A stretch of 64,000 nt of DNA from Gammaproteobacteria bacterium (GCA_035638695.1 DASQZM010000008.1:252-64251); one strand, 5' to 3'; positions 28,255 to 39,353 are shown, counted from the stretch's first letter. The notes: a model not told the origin generated them from the letters alone. A program made the numbers and translations.

Positions 28255-29064
28255 TCATCTTGTGTCGGTCCGGCGCTGCCGGTGGTATTTGCGCGCGATC
28301 TCGCTGAGAGCCGGTGCGGCACGCGCCGGGACGCGGTAGTCGACCGCGGCCGACAGGTCCGTCTCCGCCGGATTGATCTCCACTGTCGGCCTGCCCTGCA
28401 TCCGCGCGCGGATGACCGGGGAAGCGATGTACGGAAACACGGCGCTGGTACCCACAGCAAATATCATGTCAAAGCCGGCTTCCAGCTCCCGCTGCAGGGT
28501 ATCCACCGCCGCCTGCGGAAGCATCTCGTCGAACAGCACCACCCGCGGCCGGATCACGCCGTTGCACTCCGGGCAGCGGGGTAACAGCGCCAGGAGCGTG
28601 TAGTCGTCGACCCGGTCCGTGTACTCGCAGCCGGTGCAGTAGAGTTCGCCGGCATTACCGTGGATCTCGATAACGTTGCGGCTGCCGGCGGCACGGTGGA
28701 ACCCGTCGACGTTCTGGGTCAGCACCCAGACCGCGTCGAAGTGCGACTCCAGCTCGGCGATGGCCCGGTGGCCGGCGTTGCAGGTGCGTCCGCGCGTGGC
28801 GGCGCCGATCTCGTGCAGATACTTCCAGGTGATGTCCGGGCGACGGGCGAACGTGCCGCCGGAGACGGCCTCCTCGATGGGCATGGCATCGTCGGTTATG
28901 CGGCCGTCGTACAGGCCGCCCACACCGCGGTAGGTGGGCAGGCCGGAGTCCGCGGAAATCCCCGCTCCGGTGATGAACAGGATCCGTGCGCTTTGCAGCA
29001 TGTGGTCGACGATAGCGTCGATCTGCTCGAGTCCGGTGTCAGCGGCTTCGATCATGTCGGTCAA
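28255..29064 (-). CDS. cobB: NAD-dependent protein deacylase (Sir2 family)
   Basis: GAGISADSGLPTYRG, QNVDGFH, catalytic IEIHGN. Zn ribbon CTGC...CPEC. Confidence 0.9.
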   Translation of the reverse strand: MTDMIEAADTGLEQIDAIVDHMLQSARILFITGAGISADSGLPTYRGVGGLYDGRITDDAMPIEEAVSGGTFARRPDITWKYLHEIGAATRGRTCNAGHRAIAELESHFDAVWVLTQNVDGFHRAAGSRNVIEIHGNAGELYCTGCEYTDRVDDYTLLALLPRCPECNGVIRPRVVLFDEMLPQAAVDTLQRELEAGFDMIFAVGTSAVFPYIASPVIRARMQGRPTVEINPAETDLSAAVDYRVPARAAPALSEIARKYHRQRRTDTR

Positions 29065-29154
29065 CCACCTTGCGGCTGTCGATTACCATGAGCATACGAT
29101 TATGGCTTACGCGGCGTGGTCCGAAAAGCGGACCCCGCCGGGGTGGAGGAAGCG

Positions 29155-29382
29155 ATGCGAATATTCAGCGACCGGCACGGCCGGCGGTGGCAGGCGGCCG
29201 TGGGCAAGCAGTCCTACGGCGTGCGCCTGCTCCTGTTCACCCCCATGCGCGGAAGCGGCGTGCACCAGGTGTTGCTCGACTCCCGCAACAGCCTCGACGC
29301 CAACGCCGAGCTGGCCGAGTTGTCCGAGGCGCAGCTGTGCGATCAGCTCGCCCGCGCCGTGCCGTGGGACGGGTCGGGATAA
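29155..29382 (+). CDS. small hypothetical protein (75 aa)
   Basis: GGAGGA RBS before ATG 29155 ([13 protein letters not shown]). GC3-rich codons. The 3' end overlaps the convergent purC by 40 nt. Confidence 0.5.
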   Translation: MRIFSDRHGRRWQAAVGKQSYGVRLLLFTPMRGSGVHQVLLDSRNSLDANAELAELSEAQLCDQLARAVPWDGSG

Positions 29383-30278
29383 TCGCGGGTCAGCCGCCGC
29401 TGCGCTTCGCGGTACTTCTCTGCAGTGCGCTCGATGATCGCCGGCGGCAGCCGGGGCGGCGGCGGCGACTTGTTCCAGTCCAGGGTTTCCAGGTAGTCGC
29501 GCACGAACTGCTTGTCGAAGCTGGGAGGGCTGATGCCGGTACGGTAGGCGTCGGCCGGCCAGAAGCGTGACGCGTCCGGGGTCAGGAGCTCGTCGATCAG
29601 CACGACCCTCCCGGCCTCGTCGAGGCCGAACTCCATCTTGGTGTCGGCGATGATGATGCCCCGGTCGTGCGCGTAAGCGGCCGCCCGCCGGTAGATCGCC
29701 AGGCTGATGTCACGGACCCGCGCGGCGATATCGCCGCCCAGGATGTCCGCCGCCTGGCTGAAGCTGATGTTCTCGTCGTGCTGTCCCAGCTCGGCCTTGG
29801 TGGATGGCGTGAAGATGGGCTCGGGCAGCTCCTGCGCCTGCTGCAGTCCGGCGGGAAGCCGGATACCGCACAGGCTTCCGGTTCGCTGGTAGTCCTTCCA
29901 TCCCGAGCCGATCAGGTAGCCGCGCACGATCGCTTCCACCGGCAGCGCCCGCATGCGCCGCACGACTACGGCGCGCCCGGCCACCTGCTCCCGCTCGGCC
30001 GGATCCGGCAGGATCGTCTCCAGGGGAATGTCGGCAAGGTGATTGGGCGCGAGATCCGCCATGCGCGCGAACCAGAAGTTGGAGACCGCGGTCAGGACCT
30101 GCCCCTTGCCCGGGATCGGATCGGCCATCACCACGTCGAAGGCGGAGATGCGGTCGGTGGTCACAATCAGCAGGTGGCGTCCGTCCACCGCGTAGACATC
30201 CCGCACCTTGCCGCGGTAGGCGAGCTCCAGGCTGGTCAGCTTGCTTTCGTAGAGGGCGTCCGGGGGCTGCTGGGTCAT
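29343..30278 (-). CDS. purC: phosphoribosylaminoimidazole-succinocarboxamide synthase
   Basis: [31 protein letters not shown] and following SAICAR synthetase motifs. Confidence 0.95.
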   Translation of the reverse strand: MTQQPPDALYESKLTSLELAYRGKVRDVYAVDGRHLLIVTTDRISAFDVVMADPIPGKGQVLTAVSNFWFARMADLAPNHLADIPLETILPDPAEREQVAGRAVVVRRMRALPVEAIVRGYLIGSGWKDYQRTGSLCGIRLPAGLQQAQELPEPIFTPSTKAELGQHDENISFSQAADILGGDIAARVRDISLAIYRRAAAYAHDRGIIIADTKMEFGLDEAGRVVLIDELLTPDASRFWPADAYRTGISPPSFDKQFVRDYLETLDWNKSPPPPRLPPAIIERTAEKYREAQRRLTRDYPDPSHGTARAS

Positions 30279-30459
30279 GGAATCTCGACTTGCGGTTGGA
30301 TGGAGCGGCTATGGTACCCCCGGCGCGCGTTCCCGAGAAACGGTCCGGCGTGCCCGGCTTGCGACATGTCCGGTGGCGCCGTATGGTTTGCCGGCATGTT
30401 CTGCCGACGAGGGACTGCGACGGTGGCCGGTGCGTCCGGTCGCGGGGTCTGGGATAAGC

Positions 30460-30861
30460 GTGAGCATAGTCGCCCTGCATCTTCTGCTGCTGCATTTCTC
30501 GACCGGCCTGCTGCTGGTTTCCGCGGGCCTGTTTCTCGCCGCACGTCTGGGCGGTGAGCACGGCTGGGTCGCCTCGGCACGCCGCGCCGGCACCTGGAAC
30601 CTCCTGTTGGCGGCGGCCGTGGCGATACTCGCCGTGCTGTGCGGCCTGGCAGAGATGGGTGCGCGGGTGGTGCCGGCCTCGTGGTGGCTGCAGCGCGACT
30701 TGGCGCTGGGGGAGGCCGCTGCGGGGGTGATCCTGGGCGGTTGGCGGCTGGCGGACCTGGCGCGACGGCGCGCGGCGGACTGGCGCTTCGTGGGGGTGCT
30801 GATCGTCGTGGCCGTCGCGGCCTTCCTGCTGGTCTGGTACGCCGCCGGCCGCCTGTACTGA
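30460..30861 (+). CDS. DUF2231-like membrane protein
   Basis: [23 protein letters not shown] followed by three further hydrophobic segments. GTG start is a guess. Confidence 0.5.
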   Translation: MSIVALHLLLLHFSTGLLLVSAGLFLAARLGGEHGWVASARRAGTWNLLLAAAVAILAVLCGLAEMGARVVPASWWLQRDLALGEAAAGVILGGWRLADLARRRAADWRFVGVLIVVAVAAFLLVWYAAGRLY

Positions 30862-30868
30862 TCCTGGC

Positions 30869-31429
30869 ATGGACGAGATCTACGTTTCCGTCGACATCGA
30901 GACCGACGGCTTCACCCCCGGCGCCAACAGCATGCTCTCCCTGGGGGCCGCCGCCTACCTGGACGACAAGACCCTGCTGGACACCTTCAGCATGAACCTG
31001 GAGACCTTGCCCGGGGCCTCCGCGCATCCCGCGACCATGAAGTGGTGGCAGGGCTTCCCGGAGGCCTGGGAGGCCTGCCGGCGGGACCCGCGGCCTCCCG
31101 GCGAGGTGATGCGTATATTCGCCGACTGGGTCCGGGCGCTGGAGGGGTATCCGATCTTCGCCGGCTACCCGGTCTCGTTCGATTTCAGCTTCGTCTCCTG
31201 GTACCTGCACCACTACGCTCACGACAATCCGTTCGGCTTCGCCGCGCTCGACATCAAGAGCTACGCCATGGCGCTGACCGGGGGTACCTTCCGGCACACC
31301 ACCAAGCGCGGCATGCCGGCGGAGTGGTTCGACGATCTCCCGCACACGCACAGGGCGCTGGACGACGCCATCGAGCAGGGTGCACTGCTGTGCAATCTGC
31401 TGGCCCAGCGCCGGCGGAACGGCGCGTAA
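30869..31429 (+). CDS. DEDD-type 3'-5' exonuclease
   Basis: VSVDIETDG (ExoI), YPVSFDFSF (ExoII), HRALDDA (ExoIII). Confidence 0.8.
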   Translation: MDEIYVSVDIETDGFTPGANSMLSLGAAAYLDDKTLLDTFSMNLETLPGASAHPATMKWWQGFPEAWEACRRDPRPPGEVMRIFADWVRALEGYPIFAGYPVSFDFSFVSWYLHHYAHDNPFGFAALDIKSYAMALTGGTFRHTTKRGMPAEWFDDLPHTHRALDDAIEQGALLCNLLAQRRRNGA

Positions 31430-31489
31430 CCGGAACACGCGCGTCCCGCAGGGGTCTCACCAGGGTACGTGAGACGACGGCACGCCGAT

Positions 31490-31761
31490 TACTAACCCGG
31501 TCAGGGGTCATGCCACGTCTCAGGGAGCGCGTGGGCGGTGAGGACCAGGGCGGCGGGAGCGAAGGCGTCGCAGCGCTACGACAAGCGAGCGCAACGCGGT
31601 CATCGCCGCTCACGCGCTCTCCCGCAGGGCGCTCGCCTCGCCCCGTCTGGACGGCGCTGCTCGTCGGTCGTGTAGCGCCCGACTCCACTGCGCTGCTCGC
31701 GCCTTGCCAGACAGACCGACAGGAGCGCTGAGATGAGGCGTTACCCCTGACCGGGTTAGTA
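31490..31761 (+). mobile_element. best-preserved copy D of a palindromic MITE-like element (272 bp, 35-bp TIRs, no ORF)
   Basis: TACTAACCCGGTCAGGGGTCATGCCACGTCTCAGG matches the reverse complement of the right end at 30/35 positions, with the first 19 perfect. The arms remain partly complementary further inward. Confidence 0.7.
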
Positions 31762-31784
31762 CGGACAATCACCGCCGAGGATCG

Positions 31785-32321
31785 ATGAGACCCGCCCACG
31801 TTGTCATGCTGTGCGTGCCCCTGGCACTGGCCGCCGCCGGTGTCCGGCCCGCGGCTGCCGGCGACCTTGCTGCACGCGCCTCGACCGCGCGGAACAGGTG
31901 GTACACGTCCCGGCAGGTGCAGCGGGGCGCGGTAGTCTATGGTCAGCATTGTGCGCGCTGTCACGGCGACCGCGCCCAGGGCGGACCGGGCTGGCCGAAG
32001 CCGGGCGCGAAGGGCACCGTGCCCGCGCCGCCGCTCGACGGGACGGGGCACACGTGGCTGTGGCCACTGCGGCGCCTACGGCACGTGATCGCTCACGGGC
32101 TGCCCATGGATCATGGCAGAATGCCGGCGTGGAAAGGAAAGCTCAGCGACAGCCAGGTCAATGCCACGATCGCGTGGTTCCAGGCATGGTGGCCGGATCC
32201 CGTGTACCGCCGCTGGCGCCTGATCCAGCGCCGTGCGCACAGGCTCCGTCACCGACGCGCCGGGCGTGGTCCGCGGGGGCTTGTGCAGCGCAAAGCCCCG
32301 CCGCCGCGAAAGGCTCCCTAG
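31785..32321 (+). CDS. class I c-type cytochrome, secreted
   Basis: Signal peptide, haem motif CARCHG, distal GRMPAW. The Arg-rich C-terminal ~35 aa look atypical. Confidence 0.8.
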   Translation: MRPAHVVMLCVPLALAAAGVRPAAAGDLAARASTARNRWYTSRQVQRGAVVYGQHCARCHGDRAQGGPGWPKPGAKGTVPAPPLDGTGHTWLWPLRRLRHVIAHGLPMDHGRMPAWKGKLSDSQVNATIAWFQAWWPDPVYRRWRLIQRRAHRLRHRRAGRGPRGLVQRKAPPPRKAP

Positions 32322-32403
32322 ACGCCCCCGCTCGTTCGCCCGCTGGTGTGAAGCGGGTGCGGGCGAATTGTCGGCAGGCGCGCGCGCGCCGGGGGCGGCG
32401 ACC

Positions 32404-33189
32404 TTGAGCTGGTGGGGCAAGGCCCTGGGCGGGGCCTTCGGGTTCGTCGTGGGCGGACCTGTCGGCGCGGCGGTCGGTGTCGCCCTCGGGCACGGGATGG
32501 ACCGCAATGCCCGGGGCGCGGTGCCGTGGTCGCGCGACGTCGAGCGCACGCGGCACGCCTTCTTCAGCTCGGTGTTCGCGGTCATGGGGCATCTGGCCAA
32601 GGCGGACGGACGCGTCTCGCGCGACGAGATTCGCGCGGCCGAGCGCGCGATGCGCTACATGAACCTGAGCGCCGGGCAGCGCCGTGCCGCCATCGATCTG
32701 TTCCACCAGGGCAAGCTCCCCGATTTCGATCTCCGGGCTGCACTGGGGCATTTCCGGCGCCATTGCCAGCGCCATCCCGAGCTGGTGCGGCTGTTCCTGG
32801 AGCTGCAGCTGCGCGCGGCCCTTGCCGACGGCGACCTGGAGCCCGGGGAACGGGCGGTGCTGCTTCGCGTGTGCGAGGCACTGGGCGTGTCCGCGTACGA
32901 GTTCGAGCGCCTGGTCAACCTGGTGCGCGGGTTCGGCGGCGGGCGCGCCGGGCCGTCCAATCGACCGGCGCCTGCCGCCAGGCTCCGGCGCGCCTACGAA
33001 GTGCTCGGAGTGCAGCCGGGGGCCGAACCCGACGAGGTCAAGCGCGCGTACCGGCGGCTGACGAGCCGGACGCACCCGGACAAGCTCGTCTCGCGCGGGC
33101 TGCCGGAGGAAATGATCAAGCTCGCGGCAGAGCGCACGCGCGAGATACGCGACGCCTACGATACGATCCGGGAGGCGCGCGGGTTCTGA
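32404..33189 (+). CDS. djlA: co-chaperone DjlA (TM + TerB-like + J domain)
   Basis: LSWWGKALGGAFGFVVGGPVGAAVG N-terminus. C-terminal J domain AYEVLGV...HPDK. TTG start is inferred. Confidence 0.8.
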   Translation: MSWWGKALGGAFGFVVGGPVGAAVGVALGHGMDRNARGAVPWSRDVERTRHAFFSSVFAVMGHLAKADGRVSRDEIRAAERAMRYMNLSAGQRRAAIDLFHQGKLPDFDLRAALGHFRRHCQRHPELVRLFLELQLRAALADGDLEPGERAVLLRVCEALGVSAYEFERLVNLVRGFGGGRAGPSNRPAPAARLRRAYEVLGVQPGAEPDEVKRAYRRLTSRTHPDKLVSRGLPEEMIKLAAERTREIRDAYDTIREARGF

Positions 33190-33237
33190 CGACCCGGACC
33201 CCCGCCTCGGTTCCACCCACGACAGGGAGGTGACGGC

Positions 33238-33708
33238 ATGTCGCACGCAGGCTGGGCGGTGGCGCTGGTACTGCACGTACTTTCGGCAGTGGTGTGGGTC
33301 GGTGGCATGTTCTTCGCATACATGGCCATGCGTCCGGCCGTGGTCCAGGTGCTGCAGGGGAGCCAGGGCCTGGAGCTGTGGAACCGCACCTTCGAGCGCT
33401 TCTTCCGCTGGGTCTGGGTGGCCGTGGTCCTGCTGCCGCTCACCGGCTACTGGATGGTCTACAGCATGTTCGGCAACCTGGCCACCGCGGGTGTCCACGT
33501 CGAGCTGATGCAGGGGATCGGCTGGTTTATGATCCTGCTGTTCCTGCATCTGTACTTCGCGCCGTACCAGCGTCTCCGGCAGGCTCTCGAGCGGGGCGAT
33601 CGCGAGCAGGCGGGTGCGAGCCTGGGGCAGATCCGGATCATCGTCGCCACCAACCTGGCGCTGGGGCTGATCGTGGTGGTGATCGCGAGCGCCGGGCGCC
33701 TGCTGTAG
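33238..33708 (+). CDS. CopD-like / DUF2269-type membrane protein
   Basis: 156 aa, 4 [27 protein letters not shown]. Confidence 0.7.
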   Translation: MSHAGWAVALVLHVLSAVVWVGGMFFAYMAMRPAVVQVLQGSQGLELWNRTFERFFRWVWVAVVLLPLTGYWMVYSMFGNLATAGVHVELMQGIGWFMILLFLHLYFAPYQRLRQALERGDREQAGASLGQIRIIVATNLALGLIVVVIASAGRLL

Positions 33709-33818
33709 CGGCGCGCCGGCAGGGGCCTTCCAACTCATTGGAACCCTTACAATACCGCCCGCGATCGGGTAACTTCCGTCCCTGCGGGGCGGCCCGCAAC
33801 GCGGAGACCGGAGCACCC

Positions 33819-34508
33819 ATGACCGACTACCGGATCGCACCGTCGATTCTTTCCGCCGATTTCGCGCGCCTGGGCGAGGAAGTCAGCGCCGTGGTCGAGG
33901 CCGGGGCGGACATGGTGCACTTCGACGTCATGGACAACCATTACGTGCCCAACCTCACGGTGGGGCCGATGGTCTGCTCCGCCCTGCGCGACTACGGGCT
34001 CACGGTACCGATCGACGTCCACTTGATGGTCAGTCCGGTGGACCGCCTGGTGCCGGAGTTCGCACGGGCCGGCGCCGAGTTCATCAGCTTCCACCCCGAG
34101 GCGACCCGGCACGTGCACCGGACCCTGCAGGTGATCCGCGAGCATGGCTGCCGCCCGGGGCTGGTGTTCAATCCCGCCACCCCCCTGGACCACCTCGAGT
34201 ACGTCATGGACAGCGTCGACATGGTGCTGCTGATGTCGGTCAATCCGGGCTTCGGCGGGCAGCAGTTCATCCCGTCGACCCTGGAGAAGCTCCGCCGGGC
34301 CCGGCGCATGATCGATACCAGCCCGTACCAGATCCGCCTGGAGGTCGACGGGGGCATCAAGGTGGACAACATCGCCGAGGTGGCCGCCGCGGGGGCGGAC
34401 ACGTTCGTTGCCGGTTCGGCGATATTCGGTGCCGACAGTTACGAAGGGGCGATCGCCGCGATGCGGCGCGAGCTTGCGACCGCCGACGGCGGCGGGGGCC
34501 GGGCGTGA
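33819..34508 (+). CDS. rpe: ribulose-phosphate 3-epimerase
   Basis: [22 protein letters not shown]...[14 protein letters not shown]. Confidence 0.95.
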   Translation: MTDYRIAPSILSADFARLGEEVSAVVEAGADMVHFDVMDNHYVPNLTVGPMVCSALRDYGLTVPIDVHLMVSPVDRLVPEFARAGAEFISFHPEATRHVHRTLQVIREHGCRPGLVFNPATPLDHLEYVMDSVDMVLLMSVNPGFGGQQFIPSTLEKLRRARRMIDTSPYQIRLEVDGGIKVDNIAEVAAAGADTFVAGSAIFGADSYEGAIAAMRRELATADGGGGRA

Positions 34509-35254
34509 ATACCGCGGCCCGGGCGGCGCCTACCGGGGCGCCGGAATGCCTGCGGAGTGGCGACTGGCGCCCGCGCTACCTGCTGTTTGATCTCGACGGC
34601 ACCATCGTCGACAGCGCTCCCGACCTCACGCGCGCGGTGAACGCGACCCTGCGCGAGCTGCATCTGCCCACCCGCAGCGAGGAGGAGGTGCGCGCCTGGG
34701 TTGGCAATGGCGCGCGCAGCCTGGTGCGCCGGGTGCTGGTCGGCAACATGGAGGGATGGCCGGACCGGTCCCTGCATCAGCGGGCCTACGAGCGCTTCCT
34801 GGGGCACTACCAGGACACGCTCTGCGACCGCACAAGGCCCTACCCCGGCGTGGCGGAGGCCCTCGCGCGACTGCAGCAGCGCGGCTATGCGCTTGCCTGC
34901 GTGACCAACAAGCCGTCGCGTTTCACGCTGCCGCTGCTGGCGGCGCTCGGGCTGGACGTGCGCTTCGGCGTGGTGGTCAGCGGCGATACGGTGGCCACCA
35001 AGAAGCCGGATCCGCTACCCCTGTACCATGCCGTCACCGGCCTGGGCGCGCCCGACCCGCGCCGGGCCTGCCGCGAGCAGTCCCTGATGATCGGGGACTC
35101 CGTGACCGACATCGACGCGGCCCGCGCGGCCGGCAGTATTGTAATCTGCGTGCGCTACGGTTATAACCACGGCAGGGACATCGCCGAGGCCCGGCCCGAC
35201 GGTGTCATCGATTCGATGCAGCAGCTGTGCGAGTTGCTCGAAAGGGCTGTCTGA
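34505..35254 (+). CDS. gph: phosphoglycolate phosphatase (HAD)
   Basis: [12 protein letters not shown] motif I. rpe-gph synteny with a 4-nt overlap. Confidence 0.9.
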   Translation: MNTAARAAPTGAPECLRSGDWRPRYLLFDLDGTIVDSAPDLTRAVNATLRELHLPTRSEEEVRAWVGNGARSLVRRVLVGNMEGWPDRSLHQRAYERFLGHYQDTLCDRTRPYPGVAEALARLQQRGYALACVTNKPSRFTLPLLAALGLDVRFGVVVSGDTVATKKPDPLPLYHAVTGLGAPDPRRACREQSLMIGDSVTDIDAARAAGSIVICVRYGYNHGRDIAEARPDGVIDSMQQLCELLERAV

Positions 35255-35257
35255 ACG

Positions 35258-35341
35258 ATGCGTCCGCTGTTCCCGCGAGTGAGCCCCCTGCCGAAACGTA
35301 CGGCGGGATGGCGATGGTGGTGCTGGCGTCCGTCCAACTGA
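35258..35341 (+). promoter_or_regulatory. candidate trp leader peptide ORF (27 codons, 4 Trp)
   Basis: ATG 35258. [27 protein letters not shown], stop at 35339-35341, 61 nt before trpE. GC-rich hairpins follow. Confidence 0.55.
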
Positions 35342-35402
35342 ACGGGCCGGGCGGCGGCGCTCGTGTCGCCGCAAAAACCACCGCCTTTCGGGAGCGAATC
35401 CG

Positions 35403-36893
35403 ATGCATCAGGAGCAATTCGATCTTCTCGCCCATCAGGGCTACAACCGCATCCCCTTGATGACCGAGGTCCTGGCGGACCTCGATACCCCGCTCAGCAC
35501 CTACCTGAAGTTGGCGGACGGGCCGTACTCCTACCTCTTTGAGTCGGTTCAGGGCGGCGAGAAGTGGGGCCGCTACTCCATCATCGGCCTGCCTGCGACC
35601 ACCGTGCTGAAAGTGCGCCGGCACGAGATCGCCGTGGAGCGAGAGGGCGAGGTGGTCGAGCGCACCCGGGCCGACGATCCGCTGGCCTGGATCGAGGCGT
35701 TCCGGCAGCGCTACCGGGTGGCGCCTGTGGAGAGGCTGCCGCGCTTCACCGGCGGCCTGGTGGGCTATTTCGGCTACGATACCGTGCGCTACATCGAGCC
35801 GCGGCTGCGCTTTCCGGACAAGGCCGATCCGCTGGGCACCCCGGACATCCTGCTGATGGTGTCCGACCAGGTTCTGGTATTCGACAACCTCAGCGGCCTG
35901 CTCTATGTGGTGGTGCATAGCGACCCGGCCGAGCCCGACGCGTTCGCGCGCGGCTGCCGCCGGCTGGAAGCGCTGGTCGAGTCGCTGCGCCAGGCAGTTC
36001 CGGCGGCGCGCAGCCTGGCGCCGGGGCCGGGGCCGGCGCGGCACGCGTTCGAGTCCAGCTTCAGTCAACAGGGCTACGAGCAGGCGGTCGAGCGGATCAA
36101 GCGCTACATCATCGACGGCGATGTCATGCAGGTGGTGCCCTCGCAGCGCATGTCGGTCAGCTTCGACGCAGCGCCGCTGGATCTCTATCGCGCGCTGCGC
36201 TGCCTCAACCCCTCGCCGTACATGTTCCATCTGAACCTGGGGGAGTTCCACGTCGTCGGTGCCTCTCCCGAAGTGCTGGTGCGGGTCGAGGACGGTCAGG
36301 TGACGGTGCGGCCGATCGCCGGTACCCGTCCGCGCGGCGCGACCGACGAGGAGGACCGCGCTCTGGAGGAGGAGCTTCTGGCCGATCCCAAGGAGCGGGC
36401 CGAGCATCTGATGCTCATCGATCTCGGGCGCAACGATGTCGGCCGGGTGAGCGAGACCGGCAGCGTCGAGGTGACCGAGAACATGGCGGTGGAGCGCTAT
36501 TCGCACGTGATGCACATCGTCTCCAACGTGCGCGGCCGGCTGCATCCGGGGTTGGGGCCGATCGACGCCCTGCGCGCCACCTTCCCTGCCGGCACCCTGT
36601 CCGGGGCACCCAAGATCCGCGCGATGGAGATCATCGACGAGATCGAGCCCGTACGCCGGGGGGTGTATTCCGGGGCCGTGGGCTACCTGGGCTGGAACGG
36701 CAATATGGACACCGCGATCGCCATCCGCACCGCCGTGATCAAGGACGGTCAGCTCCACGTGCAGGCGGGCGGCGGCATCGTGGCCGACTCGGTGCCACGG
36801 CTGGAGTGGGAGGAGACGCTCAACAAGCGCCGTGCGCTGTTCCGCGCCGTGGCCATGGTCGAACAGGGGCTCGACGAGGAGGGGCGGGCATGA
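35403..36893 (+). CDS. trpE: anthranilate synthase component I
   Basis: 496 aa. [21 protein letters not shown] and GAVGYLG motifs. Confidence 0.95.
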   Translation: MHQEQFDLLAHQGYNRIPLMTEVLADLDTPLSTYLKLADGPYSYLFESVQGGEKWGRYSIIGLPATTVLKVRRHEIAVEREGEVVERTRADDPLAWIEAFRQRYRVAPVERLPRFTGGLVGYFGYDTVRYIEPRLRFPDKADPLGTPDILLMVSDQVLVFDNLSGLLYVVVHSDPAEPDAFARGCRRLEALVESLRQAVPAARSLAPGPGPARHAFESSFSQQGYEQAVERIKRYIIDGDVMQVVPSQRMSVSFDAAPLDLYRALRCLNPSPYMFHLNLGEFHVVGASPEVLVRVEDGQVTVRPIAGTRPRGATDEEDRALEEELLADPKERAEHLMLIDLGRNDVGRVSETGSVEVTENMAVERYSHVMHIVSNVRGRLHPGLGPIDALRATFPAGTLSGAPKIRAMEIIDEIEPVRRGVYSGAVGYLGWNGNMDTAIAIRTAVIKDGQLHVQAGGGIVADSVPRLEWEETLNKRRALFRAVAMVEQGLDEEGRA

Positions 36894-37483
36894 TCCTGAT
36901 GATCGACAACTACGATTCCTTCACCTACAACCTGGTCCAGTACCTCGGTGAGCTGGGCGCGGCCGTCGAGGTGGTGCGCAATGACGCGGTCGGGGTGGGG
37001 GAGATCGCCCGGCGCGCGCCGGCGGGGATCGTCATCTCGCCCGGTCCGTGCACCCCGGACGAGGCCGGAATCTCGGTCGATGCCGTGCGGCGCTATGCCG
37101 GCGCCATCCCGATTCTCGGCGTTTGCCTGGGCCACCAGAGCATCGGCCGGGCCTTCGGAGGACGGGTGGTGCACGCGCGCCGGGTGATGCACGGCAAGAC
37201 CTCTGCCATCCACCATGCGGGTGCCGGGGTCTTCCGCGGCCTGCCGGACGGTTTCACCGCCACGCGTTATCACTCCCTGGTGGTCGAGCGGGACAGCCTT
37301 CCGGACTGCCTGGAGGTCACCGCCTGGACCGAGACGCCGGACGGGGGCTTCGAGGAGATCATGGGCCTGCGCCACCGGGAGCTGGCCGTCGAGGGGGTGC
37401 AGTTCCATCCCGAGTCGATCCTGACGGACCACGGGCACGGGCTGTTGCGCAACTTTCTCGAGTCACTGCCGGTGACCGCCTGA
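36890..37483 (+). CDS. trpG: anthranilate synthase component II (glutamine amidotransferase)
   Basis: [39 protein letters not shown] overlap with trpE. Confidence 0.95.
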   Translation: MILMIDNYDSFTYNLVQYLGELGAAVEVVRNDAVGVGEIARRAPAGIVISPGPCTPDEAGISVDAVRRYAGAIPILGVCLGHQSIGRAFGGRVVHARRVMHGKTSAIHHAGAGVFRGLPDGFTATRYHSLVVERDSLPDCLEVTAWTETPDGGFEEIMGLRHRELAVEGVQFHPESILTDHGHGLLRNFLESLPVTA

Positions 37484-37521
37484 ATTCACGCCGCGCTCCG
37501 CATGGAGGGAGGAATCCGAGC

Positions 37522-38556
37522 ATGGATATGCAGCAGGCGATACGCGCGGTGACCGAAGGACGCAACCTCTCCACCGAGGAGATGGGCGCCGTGATGCGCG
37601 GGATCATGACGGGGCAGGCAACCCAGGCGCAGATCGGCGGATTCCTGATCGGCCTGCGAATGAAGGGGGAAACCGTCGACGAGATTGCGGCCGCTGCGGC
37701 CGTGATGCGCGAGCTCGCCACGGGGGTGCGGCTGGCGAGCCTGGAACACGTGGTTGACACCTGCGGCACCGGCGGGGACTCCAGCCGGATCTTCAATGTC
37801 TCGACCGCGACCGCATTCGTGGTGGCGGGGGCCGGCGGGCGTGTTGCCAAGCACGGCAACCGCTCGGTTTCCAGCCAGTCGGGCAGCGCCGACGTACTGG
37901 AGGCGGCCGGCGTTCGGCTGGACCTGAGCCCGGAGCAGGTCGCGGCCTGCATCGAGACCGTCGGGGTCGGGTTCCTGTTCGCACCCCTGTATCACGGGGC
38001 GATGCGCCATGCGGTGGGGCCGCGGCGGGAAATGGGGGTGCGCACCGTGTTCAATGTGCTGGGGCCGCTGACCAACCCTGCCGGGGCGCCGAACCAGCTC
38101 CTGGGAGTGTTCAGTGAGGCCTGGGTGGAGCCGCTCGCGCAGGTGCTGTGCAAGCTCGGCAGCCGACACGTGATGGCGGTTCACTCGGCAGACGGCCTGG
38201 ACGAACTCAGTATCGCGGCCCCCGCCGCAGTGGCCGAGCTGCGGGACGGACGGGTGCACCGCTACACACTCGATCCGCGGGAGCTCGGCCTGGCTCACCC
38301 CGACATCGAGGCGCTGCGGGTGCGCGACGCCGAGGAAAGCCTGGCCATGATCCGGCGCGTGTTCGAAGGGGAAACCGGAGCGGCGCGCGACATGGTGCTC
38401 CTGAACTCCGGCGCCGCAGTCTACGTCGCGGGACTCGCGGAAAGCCTCGATAACGGGATCGACCGGGCGTGCGAGGCGATCGACGGCGGCGCAGCGGCAC
38501 GGCGCCTGGATCACCTGGTGCGCTTCACCCGGGCGCTGGAGGAGTCGCAGGCATGA
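37522..38556 (+). CDS. trpD: anthranilate phosphoribosyltransferase
   Basis: VDTCGTGGD and KHGNRSVSS motifs. Confidence 0.95.
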   Translation: MDMQQAIRAVTEGRNLSTEEMGAVMRGIMTGQATQAQIGGFLIGLRMKGETVDEIAAAAAVMRELATGVRLASLEHVVDTCGTGGDSSRIFNVSTATAFVVAGAGGRVAKHGNRSVSSQSGSADVLEAAGVRLDLSPEQVAACIETVGVGFLFAPLYHGAMRHAVGPRREMGVRTVFNVLGPLTNPAGAPNQLLGVFSEAWVEPLAQVLCKLGSRHVMAVHSADGLDELSIAAPAAVAELRDGRVHRYTLDPRELGLAHPDIEALRVRDAEESLAMIRRVFEGETGAARDMVLLNSGAAVYVAGLAESLDNGIDRACEAIDGGAAARRLDHLVRFTRALEESQA

Positions 38557-39353
38557 GCGGCGAGATGATCCTGGAGCGCATCCTGCGGCACAAGCGCGCC
38601 GAGGTGAGCGACGCTTCGCGCCGCGTCCCCCTGGAGACGCTGCGGCGCCGCGCGGCCGGCGCTGGGGCGACCCGGGGCTTCGTCGCTGCCTTGCGGTCAC
38701 GGGCGGCGGCCGGCGAGCCGGCGGTGATCGCGGAGATCAAGAAGGCGTCGCCGAGCCGGGGGGTGATCCGCGCGGATTTCGACCCTGCCTCCATCGCACG
38801 CAGCTACGCCGGCGGCGGTGCGGCCTGTCTTTCGGTCCTCACCGACCGGGAGTTCTTCCAGGGCGGCCCGGAAGCACTGCAGGCGGCGCGCACCGCCTGC
38901 AGCCTGCCGGTGTTGCGCAAGGACTTCATCATCGCCCCCTACCAGGTCTTCGAGGCCCGGGCGATGGGTGCGGACTGCATCCTGCTCATCGCGGCGGCGC
39001 TGGACGATCCCGCGCTGTTCGAGCTGGCCGGGCTCGCCACGGAGCACGGCATGGACGTGTTGGTCGAGGCGCACGATGCTCAGGAGCTCGAGCGGGCGCT
39101 GCGCCTGCGACTGCCGATGGTGGGCATCAACAATCGCGACCTGCGCAGCTTCGAGACGTCGCTGGACCGGACCCTGGAACTGCTGCCGCGGATTCCGGAA
39201 GGGACCCTGGTGGTCACCGAGAGCGGCATCCACACGGACGCCGACATCCGGCGCCTGCGCGCGGAGGGGGTGGGCGCCTTTCTGGTCGGCGAGGCGTTCA
39301 TGCGGGCCGCCGACCCGGGAACGCGCCTGGCGGAGCTGTTTGGTACCGGGTAA
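38553..39353 (+). CDS. trpC: indole-3-glycerol phosphate synthase
   Basis: [26 protein letters not shown] motifs. 4-nt overlap with trpD. Confidence 0.95.
   Translation: MSGEMILERILRHKRAEVSDASRRVPLETLRRRAAGAGATRGFVAALRSRAAAGEPAVIAEIKKASPSRGVIRADFDPASIARSYAGGGAACLSVLTDREFFQGGPEALQAARTACSLPVLRKDFIIAPYQVFEARAMGADCILLIAAALDDPALFELAGLATEHGMDVLVEAHDAQELERALRLRLPMVGINNRDLRSFETSLDRTLELLPRIPEGTLVVTESGIHTDADIRRLRAEGVGAFLVGEAFMRAADPGTRLAELFGTG

Noticed and set aside
28255-29064. Sir2 gene as a possible anti-phage (Thoeris/DSR/SIR2-HerA-like) defence module.
   Set aside because: Its size (269 aa), Zn-ribbon CxxC pairs and the GAGISxxSGxP/QNxDxxH/HG motifs fit a housekeeping CobB-type deacylase. There is no fused or adjacent effector or sensor domain typical of defence SIR2 systems.
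32200-32321. Arg-rich 35-40-aa tail of the cytochrome c (RRWRLIQRRAHRLRHRRAGRGPRGLVQRKAPPPRKAP), considered as a sign of stop-codon loss or frameshift.
   Set aside because: This cannot be judged without orthologue alignment. The ORF is continuous and does not overlap djlA, so it is noted but not claimed.
35227-35460. 77-aa track ORF ([13 protein letters not shown]...) spanning the gph-trpE spacer.
   Set aside because: It reads through the trpE start region in another frame with no RBS or family resemblance. The 27-codon Trp-rich ORF in a different frame is the more meaningful feature.
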